Shown: one piece after another, positions 26,411 to 34,905 of the stretch | How the letters are laid out: every line of letters starts with the position of its first letter | Numbering within the stretch: position 1 is the stretch's first letter | Source: an uncultured Bdellovibrionales bacterium | GTDB taxonomy: Bacteria > Patescibacteriota > Minisyncoccia > Moranbacterales > UBA1568 | DNA length: 56,579 nt | Reading direction: 5' to 3' | Assembly: GCA_964488025.1 (NCBI GenBank) | Contig: CAZATJ010000001.1 | Location: 73,104-129,682 of the forward strand | Notes under the pieces: model-generated | What the model was told of the DNA's origin: nothing | What the model saw: the letters and a program-made list of their open reading frames with translations, nothing else | Database searches by the model: none | Position numbers and translations under genes: made by a program

Positions 26411-26584
26411 AGTTTACATAAAAATCAGACTCCTCCATGATGAGAACTCATCAGAAAAGAGCAGTGTCTATTTCGAAAACTTTCCCCAGTATTATAACAT
26501 AAGCAAGTCAAAAACAAAAAGAGGATCCCCGTCTCGAGATTCTCTTTTTAATTCTGATTCAAAAGCTGATGGAGTCAACTCCCT

Positions 26585-27838
26585 CTAATAGATGAATCCC
26601 TTGATCACCCGGCTCGTAGCCGAGAGCGTGCGCCGACTCGTCTTGCCCCAGCCAACGTAGTTCATTTCGGACACGGTAATCATGCCGCCGCTCACCTTTT
26701 CTACCAGTGCCACATGACCGTAGAAACGGTTTTCGGTTGTCACCACCATGGCTCCGACCGCCGGAGTCCGGCCGGTCTTGTAGCCCATCGCTCTGGCGTT
26801 ATACAGCCAGGCTCCGGCGTTACCCCTCCACGGCACATAGCGTTTCTGAGCCACATACCAAGTGCAGTAGCCATACGGAAAGCGGTGTCCCGCCCCTGCT
26901 TTTCCTTCGAGTTTGCGGAAGTTGGGGGAAATATCGGTCGCCGTACCGCCAGTCGAGGTGGCGTACTGTCGCCGTTCAATTCCGGTATCGGGAACGGTCG
27001 GGCGGGAAACTTCTTCTTTCCGGCCGTCGGGAATGATTATAAGGTCTCCCGCTTCTACTTCCCCATTGGCAGGCAATTCATTGAAAGCGATGATTTTTTC
27101 CTTTTCGGCCTTGTACTTACTGGCGATGGAGTCAATCGTATCCCCCGACTGCACCGCGTAAGAAATTCCAGCTACTGGCAGGATGAATATATTATCCCCC
27201 GGCCTGATCTGATCGACATTGTCGAGATCATTGGCCCACAGAATCGTGTTGACCGTAATGCCGTTCTTGGCCGCGATACCGCTCACAGTGTCCCCCGACT
27301 CGATGGTGTAGATCTTAACACCGCCATCTTCCTCGGGATCACGCGCAATGGCCGATCCCGTCTGCGTGGAAAGCATGGCCTGATTATCAAATGTCCCCGC
27401 CTCTATTTCAAAAAGCGAAGTATCGGTTTTCTGTTCAGGATCGATGGGGCTGGTCACGTTAGCAAGTGGCACCAGCGAGAGATTCTCCTTTTTGCTTACC
27501 TGGGCGGCGATACGGTGCTTTGGAGCAAGAGCTTCCTCAACCGAATTTTGGCCATTAATATAGCCGAATAACATGCTTTCAGAATCTTTTCCTCCAGTGA
27601 AGTTGCTCGCCGATACCAAAAGAGCACTCGAAGTCACAATAGAAAAAGCCGAATAGCTCCGAAAAAGACGCACCGCCCGATATCCCGAGACCTCCTTGAT
27701 GAACCGGAGGGTCTTGGTTTGTAGGTGGTGGATACGCGTATGCAGATCGCGGAAAAGCTTGGTACGAATAAAACGACTGCCTTTCAATCGGTCAAAGTCC
27801 TGAGAACGGCTTAACCGAAACCAATCGGTCAAAAACAT
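26585..27838 (-). CDS. LysM-LysM-CHAP peptidoglycan hydrolase
   Basis: Two LysM repeats (YTIESGDTVSGIA, YAVQSGDTIDSIA); CHAP FPYGYCTWYV...GNA..W...GHVALVE. Confidence 0.9.
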   Translation of the reverse strand: MFLTDWFRLSRSQDFDRLKGSRFIRTKLFRDLHTRIHHLQTKTLRFIKEVSGYRAVRLFRSYSAFSIVTSSALLVSASNFTGGKDSESMLFGYINGQNSVEEALAPKHRIAAQVSKKENLSLVPLANVTSPIDPEQKTDTSLFEIEAGTFDNQAMLSTQTGSAIARDPEEDGGVKIYTIESGDTVSGIAAKNGITVNTILWANDLDNVDQIRPGDNIFILPVAGISYAVQSGDTIDSIASKYKAEKEKIIAFNELPANGEVEAGDLIIIPDGRKEEVSRPTVPDTGIERRQYATSTGGTATDISPNFRKLEGKAGAGHRFPYGYCTWYVAQKRYVPWRGNAGAWLYNARAMGYKTGRTPAVGAMVVTTENRFYGHVALVEKVSGGMITVSEMNYVGWGKTSRRTLSATSRVIKGFIY

Positions 27839-27873
27839 CCATCGCGACTTTTACCCTAATTTTTACAAAGGTT

Positions 27874-27902
27874 AGTATAGCTTGCAGCAGGTCTTCCGTC
27901 AA
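27874..27902 (-). promoter_or_regulatory. Sigma70-like promoter of the hydrolase/T4SS operon
   Basis: TTGACG (27897-27902), 17 bp, TATACT (27874-27879). Confidence 0.65.
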
Positions 27903-27985
27903 GGTAAAAATGGCTAATTTTCACATATATTGGCTTATTATAAGCATTATTTTACTGTATAACTTTTGCCTATGCTACAATATGA

Positions 27986-28969
27986 ATGTCTTCTAATATT
28001 TTGAACCAGAGAATGATGACCGCCTTCGAAAAACCGAAAAATCAGATCGAAGTCTTAGCTAAGAACTTCTGCGAGCACCTGGAAATCGAACTCAGCCGCT
28101 CCCCGCGGACACTTGAGAGCTATTCTCGATCTCTCGAACTCTTTTTTGAATGGGGCGCCATCACCAAACCCGCGGATATCACCGCGGAAAAGGTTCATGG
28201 CTATCGCCTCTCTCTTAACCGCCGGCTGAATCGCCAAGGAGAGAGTCTCAAAAAAAACACCCAAGCCTACCACGCTATCGTACTCCGCACTTTTCTCAAA
28301 TACCTAGCCAAACAGGATATAAAGACGCTTCCGGCTGAAAAAATCGAGGTAGGGAAAACCGAAGATCGCCAGATTGATTTCCTTGAATACGATGAAGTAA
28401 TGCGTCTCATTGATGCCGCCAGAGGGGAAACGCCCAAAAGCCTGCGCGACCAAGCCATGCTCGAACTCCTCTTTTCTTCGGGTCTGCGAGTTTCCGAACT
28501 GGTCAATCTCGACCGAAACCACGTCAATCTGGAAAAAGAAGAATTCAGTGTCCGAGGCAAGGGGCGCAAGCTTCGCATCGTCTTTATTTCTCCCGCGGCG
28601 AAAGGAGCTCTCCAGAATTACCTGGCTGTTCGTGGCGACGTCGATCCGGCCCTCTTCATTTCCTTCCCCAAGAAAGGCCTCACCAATCAGAAAAATAGTA
28701 AGCGTGAAACCCGGCGCCTTACCACAAGGAGCGTTGCCCGCATCGTCAAATACTACGCCACCAAAGCCGGCATCCTCAAAGACGTCCACCCGCACACGCT
28801 CCGTCATTCGTTCGCAACCGACTTGCTCATCAATGGCGCCGATATCAGATCGGTTCAGGCCATGCTCGGCCATGCCTCTATCACCACCACTCAGATCTAC
28901 ACTCATGTTACCAACGAACGCCTGAAAGAGGTGCACCAGGAATTTCATGCCAAACGAAAAAAGAAATAA
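27986..28969 (+). CDS. xerC: XerC/XerD-like tyrosine recombinase
   Basis: RD.AMLELLFSSGLRVSEL, HPHTLRHSFAT, LGH, TTQIYTH; true start may be slightly downstream. Confidence 0.88.
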   Translation: MSSNILNQRMMTAFEKPKNQIEVLAKNFCEHLEIELSRSPRTLESYSRSLELFFEWGAITKPADITAEKVHGYRLSLNRRLNRQGESLKKNTQAYHAIVLRTFLKYLAKQDIKTLPAEKIEVGKTEDRQIDFLEYDEVMRLIDAARGETPKSLRDQAMLELLFSSGLRVSELVNLDRNHVNLEKEEFSVRGKGRKLRIVFISPAAKGALQNYLAVRGDVDPALFISFPKKGLTNQKNSKRETRRLTTRSVARIVKYYATKAGILKDVHPHTLRHSFATDLLINGADIRSVQAMLGHASITTTQIYTHVTNERLKEVHQEFHAKRKKK

Positions 28970-29013
28970 TAAAAAACGGCTCCTATTTCCGCGGTCGCGA
29001 TTATATGAGCCAT

Positions 29014-31272
29014 CTACTGTTTCGTCAAAGGCGCTACGCCGAGCATCATCTTTTTTACCCCGGAACGCTTGAAGGCAATGGTGGCCAGTGTTCCCGCGAT
29101 AGAAATAATCAGTCCTGCTCCAAACTGCGGGTGCTCCACCATGTCTCCTGGTCGCACTTCCCCGGCTGCCAAAGGCTTACCTGTTTCCCTGCCCTCTTCC
29201 TGTCGTTTTAAAGCTTCACGCAGTGAACCGACCTTTTTGGACGCTACCGGAAACGAGTGAAATGATTTCTTAAAGTGGCGTTTTCCCATCATACCGGAAC
29301 GTTTCATTTCCTTCTCATCAATCAGATGGCTGGGAATCTCTGCTATGAATCGTGAGGGTGGGTTGACCTGAGTCGAACCGAAAATCGTCCGCTGTTCGGT
29401 ATAGAGAAGACAAACCCGTTCTTTGGCTCGCGTCAGCCCCACATACATGAGCCGGCGCTCTTCCTCCATTTCCGTTGGAGACAAAGCACTCCGTGAATGC
29501 GGAAACACGCCCTCTTCCAGACCGAGAATGAACACCACCGGAAACTCCAATCCCTTGGCACTGTGTACCGTCATGACGTGAACTGCCTCGCTTTCCCGAT
29601 TAATCTCATCAGTATCCGACGACAAAGCTACCTCCTCAAGAAAACGTTCCAATGCCTGATCCAGACTGACATCACTGAATTTCTGTGCCACCGAAAGTAA
29701 TTCCCGCACATTTTCCTGCCGCACCTCGCCCTCACTCGTCCCATCAGCCAAACTGTCGAAATAACCACTTTCCCGAGTAAGCAAGTTCAGAAGTTCCGTA
29801 AGTTTCAGATTCGCCCTGGTTTCTATGATGGAGCGGATTTTCAAAAACACATCGGCGAACAGCTTGATGGCCTTTAATTTCCCATCGCGAAGTTCACTGG
29901 TTTCTGGAGACATCATATAAGCAGCTTCCATGACGCTCACCCGGTGGGTCCGAGAAAAGGCAATCCAGCGATCAAGAGTCGCTCGGCCGATACCGCGCCT
30001 CGGTTCATTGACGATCCGTTCCAAAGCCAAAATATCCTTCGGATTCTGAAGGAGTTTCACATAGGCGATGACATCCTTAATTTCCTTACGCTGGTAAAAC
30101 TTCAGCCCGCCGACAATCCGATAATTGATCGAGTGCCGAAGAAACATTTCCTCCACGATGCGCGACTGGGCATTGGTCCGATAGAGCACCGCGAATTCGT
30201 TTGCCGTACGGCCCTGCTTCATTTCTTCCTGTATCATCTCAGCCACGAAGCGCGCCTCTGCCTCCTCATCTTCCGCCGGACAGAGCGTGATTAATTCGCC
30301 CTCGAGTGTTTCCGTCCAGAGTTTCTTATGACGCTGGTTGACGTTCTTTTGGATGACGCCATCAGCGGCATCGAGAATCACCTGGGTCGAACGATAATTC
30401 TGATCGAGTACGATGACAGCCGCCTCCGGATAGTCTTTTTCAAAATTGAGAATATTGCGAATGTCTGCCTGGCGCCAACCATAAATCGACTGGTAATCGT
30501 CCCCAATAACAAAAATATTGCCATGCTTCCGGGAAATGAGGTGCACCAACGTATACTGCAGTGAATTGGTATCTTGATATTCGTCCACCATCACATAGCG
30601 AAAGAGTTCCTGATATTTTTCAAGTACCTGAGGATACTCCTGAAACAATTTCACCGTCAGACGAATCATGTCGTCGAAATCAAGGGCATTGGTCGTTTGC
30701 AGCTCCTTCTGATAGCGCTCGTACACTTTAGCTGCCAGTTCCTCATAATAACTCCCGGTCTGCATGAGATATTTTTCCGGATCCATCTGAGCATTCTTAG
30801 CCTTCGATATGGCTTCGAGGAGCGAACGCGGCCGCACCTGATCCGGATCCATCTCAAGCTCCTTCATGATTTTTCTCACGATGGATTGCTGGTCCTGGTC
30901 ATCGATAATATTGAAATTGCGGCCGTAGCCCAAATGACTCAGAACCTCGATTTCCCGACGCAGCACTTTGGCACAGATGTTGTGAAACGTGCCGATATGC
31001 GGCGGTAACACCACGGCTCCATACTCCGCTGCCTCACTCTGAGAGAGGAGTTTCTCAATACGCTCCCGCATTTCCTGAGCAGCCTTGTTAGTGAACGTCA
31101 CCGCCAGAATACGCTCCGGATGAACTTTTTTCTCATCAATCAGATAGGCAATCCGATGAGTGAGAGTCTTGGTCTTGCCCGATCCTGCCCCAGCCAAAAT
31201 CAACACCGCCCCCTCAGTGGTCAGTATCGCCCGTAACTGCTCTGGATTCAATCCTTTTTCCCAAAATTTCAT
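29014..31272 (-). CDS. pcrA: UvrD/PcrA superfamily I helicase
   Basis: AGAGSGKT, TFTNKAA, VDEYQD, GDDYQSIY, TVHSAKGLEF, EERRLMYVGLTRA. Confidence 0.95.
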   Translation of the reverse strand: MKFWEKGLNPEQLRAILTTEGAVLILAGAGSGKTKTLTHRIAYLIDEKKVHPERILAVTFTNKAAQEMRERIEKLLSQSEAAEYGAVVLPPHIGTFHNICAKVLRREIEVLSHLGYGRNFNIIDDQDQQSIVRKIMKELEMDPDQVRPRSLLEAISKAKNAQMDPEKYLMQTGSYYEELAAKVYERYQKELQTTNALDFDDMIRLTVKLFQEYPQVLEKYQELFRYVMVDEYQDTNSLQYTLVHLISRKHGNIFVIGDDYQSIYGWRQADIRNILNFEKDYPEAAVIVLDQNYRSTQVILDAADGVIQKNVNQRHKKLWTETLEGELITLCPAEDEEAEARFVAEMIQEEMKQGRTANEFAVLYRTNAQSRIVEEMFLRHSINYRIVGGLKFYQRKEIKDVIAYVKLLQNPKDILALERIVNEPRRGIGRATLDRWIAFSRTHRVSVMEAAYMMSPETSELRDGKLKAIKLFADVFLKIRSIIETRANLKLTELLNLLTRESGYFDSLADGTSEGEVRQENVRELLSVAQKFSDVSLDQALERFLEEVALSSDTDEINRESEAVHVMTVHSAKGLEFPVVFILGLEEGVFPHSRSALSPTEMEEERRLMYVGLTRAKERVCLLYTEQRTIFGSTQVNPPSRFIAEIPSHLIDEKEMKRSGMMGKRHFKKSFHSFPVASKKVGSLREALKRQEEGRETGKPLAAGEVRPGDMVEHPQFGAGLIISIAGTLATIAFKRSGVKKMMLGVAPLTKQ

Positions 31273-31366
31273 ACGGTGAATCGATTTTTTATAACGAGAA
31301 CCCTCCTATTCTAACACAGAGCCCATCTTCTCTCTATCCTCGGCCATCTGTGCTAAAATACCGTAT

Positions 31367-33001
31367 ATGAAAAACTTTTTCACCAGATTCATCGAGAGTA
31401 TCGAAAACGCCCCACTCACCTTCGGCTCTTTCATAATGGCATTTTTCGCTCTCATTATCGCCCGCTTGACGGTAGAAAACACCCTGGCCTATTTCGGCGA
31501 ACAGTCGTTTTTCTTTCTTTTCTTCGAATTCACTCATACTTTTCTCTTCTTTCTCTGTTCTTTCCTCATCATGCTCCCCCTGGTCCGCTTCGCCGGAGCC
31601 AGTAATTTGAAAAAGGCTGCCAATATCCTCCTTTTTGGCTTTCTCATCATCCTCACCCCGCCCATCATCGACCGATGGATTATGGGGGCTGGCAACTATT
31701 GGAGTTTCTACGAATTCGACGGACTCATCGGGCTCTTTCAACGTTTCTTCACTCTCTTTGGTGATACGCCTGATATCGGCATCACCTATGGTGTGCGAAT
31801 CGAGGTCGTGCTTACCACCCTCGCTCTCGGTCTCTATGCCTACTTGAAATCCAAACATATACGAAAGGTATTTCTCGTCGGATTCTTGGCCTATACCGCG
31901 CTCTTCATACTCGGCACCTTCCCCTCCTGGGTCACCTTTCCGGTTCTTGTCTTTCAAAAAGGGCTTCTTGCCATAAACGGTAATGATACCGCCGCTCTCT
32001 TCCTCTCGCCAGAACACATCCTCGGACGCGATCTGACCGATTTTAGAAGCGTCCTCAATTTTAAGATGAGTCTCGTCTATGCCCTGCTGGTAAGCTTTCT
32101 TTCCCTTCTCTTCCTGTTTCGGAAATACCCCGCTTACCTCTTCGCCCTCTCCAAAAACGCTCGTTTTCCGCAGCTCACCTATCACGCCGGATTATTATTT
32201 CTCGGCATGATCCTGGCTTATTATTTCGCCGAAGGCCATCTCGAATTTGAATTCTTTCACTTCCTCGGCATCCTCGTCCTTCTTATCGCCGTCGAATGTG
32301 CCTGGCTCGCTTCGGTGGTCGCCAATGATACCTACGATACGGCCATCGACACGATCACCAATCCTCATCGGCCGCTTATTGAAAATACCATTCCACCAGA
32401 AACCTACCGAACCATGGGTATTCTCTTCTTTCTGACATCGCTTTTGTTTGCCGGTATCGTCAGTTTTTCTGCGCTGCTGATTCTCTTATCCTATCAAGCG
32501 CTGGCCTGGCTCTATTCCGCTCCACCGCTCCGTCTCAAAAAATACCCCGTTCTAGCGACTCTCATCGCGGCAGCGGCCGGTATCCTCGTTCTGGTAGCCG
32601 GATTCATGGCCGTAGCTCCCGAATATACTCTCGAAAAACTCCCCCTCCCAATTCTTGTCTCCCTCTTTATCGCTTACCTCCTCGCCCTCCCCATCAAAGA
32701 CTTCAAGGATATCGCCGGTGACAAAAAAGATCACATTTACACCATCCCGGTACTTCTGGGAGCAACTCTGGGGAAACAGGTCATCGGCAGTCTCCTCTTT
32801 CTCCTCTTTACCATCAGTCCGCTCGTCCTGCATATGCGATCACTCTTCCTGCCGGCTATCTTCTACGGCGCGCTTGCTTTCTTCGCCCTGCAGAAAGGCA
32901 CCGACGACGAAATGTCCTTTTTCGCTTTTCGCAGGCTGCCCGCCATCATTCTTACTATCACCATCTTCTACGGCCTGACCATCGCCCTGTTTCTCTTCTA
33001 A
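31367..33001 (+). CDS. UbiA-family prenyltransferase fused to an N-terminal multi-TM domain
   Basis: NDTYDTAID..TNPHRPL, YSAPPLRLK, KDFKDIAGD; about 250 additional hydrophobic residues at the N-terminus. Confidence 0.85.
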   Translation: MKNFFTRFIESIENAPLTFGSFIMAFFALIIARLTVENTLAYFGEQSFFFLFFEFTHTFLFFLCSFLIMLPLVRFAGASNLKKAANILLFGFLIILTPPIIDRWIMGAGNYWSFYEFDGLIGLFQRFFTLFGDTPDIGITYGVRIEVVLTTLALGLYAYLKSKHIRKVFLVGFLAYTALFILGTFPSWVTFPVLVFQKGLLAINGNDTAALFLSPEHILGRDLTDFRSVLNFKMSLVYALLVSFLSLLFLFRKYPAYLFALSKNARFPQLTYHAGLLFLGMILAYYFAEGHLEFEFFHFLGILVLLIAVECAWLASVVANDTYDTAIDTITNPHRPLIENTIPPETYRTMGILFFLTSLLFAGIVSFSALLILLSYQALAWLYSAPPLRLKKYPVLATLIAAAAGILVLVAGFMAVAPEYTLEKLPLPILVSLFIAYLLALPIKDFKDIAGDKKDHIYTIPVLLGATLGKQVIGSLLFLLFTISPLVLHMRSLFLPAIFYGALAFFALQKGTDDEMSFFAFRRLPAIILTITIFYGLTIALFLF

Positions 33002-33026
33002 AAACACACTCCTGCTCTCAAAATGA

Positions 33027-33064
33027 AACTATCATCTTTGGACGATCGTCCAAAGATGATAGTT
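33027..33064. repeat. Perfect 38-bp palindrome between convergent genes (likely terminator)
   Basis: AACTATCATCTTTGGACGA|TCGTCCAAAGATGATAGTT, no loop. Confidence 0.85.
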
Positions 33065-33090
33065 GTTTTTTTGGCCTTTTTCTGCTGTTA

Positions 33091-33885
33091 CTAGAGAACC
33101 TTTGACAGATTTCCCCAATCTTCGATCGACAATGCTTGGGCTCGAATATCTGTTCGCAGACCAAACATTTGCAATGCCTTTTCCACTGTTTCCCGGGGCA
33201 GCACCAAACTGGTCGCAAGATTATTGGCAAGCGTCTTGCGCCGTGCGGCAAAGCCGGCACGTACCAAGCGGAAAACTTTCCGGTCATTCTCCGAATCATA
33301 GCGGCGTTTCGGAACGATATGTACTACCGCGCTATCGACTTTCGGCACCGGTTCAAAAACTTCCTTCGGAACGGACAATTTTTTTTCTACCGTCGCATAG
33401 TACTGGGCCATCACTGAGAGGAGACTCATACTCCCTGGTCTGGCAGACAAACGCTCGGCTACTTCTTTCTGCACCATAAGTGTCAATGATTGAGGTTGTG
33501 TTTCTAGCGACAAAAGCGTACGGATGATGGGTGCCGTAATATAGTATGGAATATTCGCAATAATTTTATAAGGATGATCAAAAAATCCCGCTTCCTGCAA
33601 AAGCTCTGCGAGATGGGCGTCCAAAATATTCCCCTCGAGGATGGAGACTTTTTTAGAGTCCGTGAACTGACTCTGCAGTCGTGTCGCGAGCTCGTGATCG
33701 AGTTCAATTGCCAGCAATTTTTCTACCCGAGAAGCCAACTTCATGGTCAGGGCCCCGGTACCAGGCCCGACTTCCAACACCCAGTCATGTGGTGTCACCT
33801 CGGCCACGGAAAAAATCCCCTCAATGATGGCTTCGTCTTTCAGAAAATTCTGCCCCAGTGATTTTCTTGCGACCACTTTTTTCAT
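33091..33885 (-). CDS. rsmA: 16S rRNA m6,2A dimethyltransferase RsmA/KsgA
   Basis: KSLGQNFL, VLEVGPGTG, ANIPYYIT, MVQKEVAER, PKVDSA. Confidence 0.96.
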   Translation of the reverse strand: MKKVVARKSLGQNFLKDEAIIEGIFSVAEVTPHDWVLEVGPGTGALTMKLASRVEKLLAIELDHELATRLQSQFTDSKKVSILEGNILDAHLAELLQEAGFFDHPYKIIANIPYYITAPIIRTLLSLETQPQSLTLMVQKEVAERLSARPGSMSLLSVMAQYYATVEKKLSVPKEVFEPVPKVDSAVVHIVPKRRYDSENDRKVFRLVRAGFAARRKTLANNLATSLVLPRETVEKALQMFGLRTDIRAQALSIEDWGNLSKVL

Positions 33886-33931
33886 AGATTTTTTTTGCTA
33901 ACGAAGCTAGTGAAGCTATAGAAGCTATGAG

Positions 33932-34900
33932 CTAATTTATAATTTCTTCCATTTTCACATTAATCACCCCAGCGCCGACCGAGGCGATCTTCTGAAAAGC
34001 CACTTTGTCGAGATCAATAATCCGTCCTGGCACGAATGGCCCGCGATCATTGATGACCACGATGACGCTTTTTCCATTTTCCAGATTGGTCACTTTAACA
34101 TAACTTCCCTTAGGAAGCCAGGGATTGGCTGCTGCCATCGTTCCGGTCCAGGCATACCACGACGCCCCTCCCGTATGACTTTTCCCGAGTTTCACATAGG
34201 TTCCCTGGGTGACTATCTCCGACACAGGATCCTTCACCCGCTCCGTGCGGATGAGTTTCCGATTCACTTCCTTGCCATCATACTTGCTCACCCGATAGAC
34301 GAACCGCTCAAGCCCCTTTTCTCCTTTCTGAGTTATTACTGTCTTCCGCCATGACAGACTGTCGTCCTCATTGGTTTTCTTTTCGAAAGCGATGGACTTC
34401 TCCATCATTTCCTCTTCAATCTCCACCCGCGTAACGACAATCACTAGATTGCGCGAAGCGAATATTTCTTTTCCAGGTTCAACGATATCATCCGGATCGA
34501 GAATGACCCCCGCTTCCGAAAGTGCCTCGCCGACGGATGTTGCCAGAACAGAAACTGTTCTTTCTGCTCCATCCGCCCGTACGACGATATCGTGCGTCCT
34601 CCCCACAAAAATGCTCATTCCGGGAACCAGCGTGGTTTCCGGCGGTGGAAAAGAATATTCTTTCTCACGCAATGAGAGTCCGTGCGTCTCCAAAAATTCA
34701 CCCACCGTTTTTTCCGGAACATTCCGAAAGGAAAGCCACAGCCCATTATCGGAAAGGAAAATTTCCTTCGGCACGCCAGTAAAATGATCTGGTTTCGGCC
34801 ACAAGAAAAAGACACTCCCACCGACAAAGGCGAGAGAAAGGATAAGAAGAAAAGGAAAGAACCTCTTCAGTTTCATTTTTATTATCCGTTTGCTCCGCAT
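33932..34900 (-). CDS. DUF348-G5-RlpA (double-psi beta-barrel) cell-wall enzyme
   Basis: TM anchor, ubiquitin-like DUF348 repeats, G5 (TQKGEKG), C-terminal ASWY...VKVTN.ENGKSVIV.INDRGP...IIDL. Confidence 0.85.
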   Translation of the reverse strand: MRSKRIIKMKLKRFFPFLLILSLAFVGGSVFFLWPKPDHFTGVPKEIFLSDNGLWLSFRNVPEKTVGEFLETHGLSLREKEYSFPPPETTLVPGMSIFVGRTHDIVVRADGAERTVSVLATSVGEALSEAGVILDPDDIVEPGKEIFASRNLVIVVTRVEIEEEMMEKSIAFEKKTNEDDSLSWRKTVITQKGEKGLERFVYRVSKYDGKEVNRKLIRTERVKDPVSEIVTQGTYVKLGKSHTGGASWYAWTGTMAAANPWLPKGSYVKVTNLENGKSVIVVINDRGPFVPGRIIDLDKVAFQKIASVGAGVINVKMEEIIN

Positions 34901-34905
34901 GATGG

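Noticed and set aside
15826-28969. ICE integrated at tRNA-Leu (tRNA, T4SS genes, tyrosine recombinase)
   Set aside because: No copy of the tRNA-Leu 3' end was found after the recombinase; no relaxase or coupling protein; the recombinase has housekeeping XerC/D-type motifs and sits next to pcrA
31334-32185. 283-aa minus-strand ORF
   Set aside because: Antisense shadow of the Phe/Leu-rich UbiA-like gene, which explains its Glu/Lys richness
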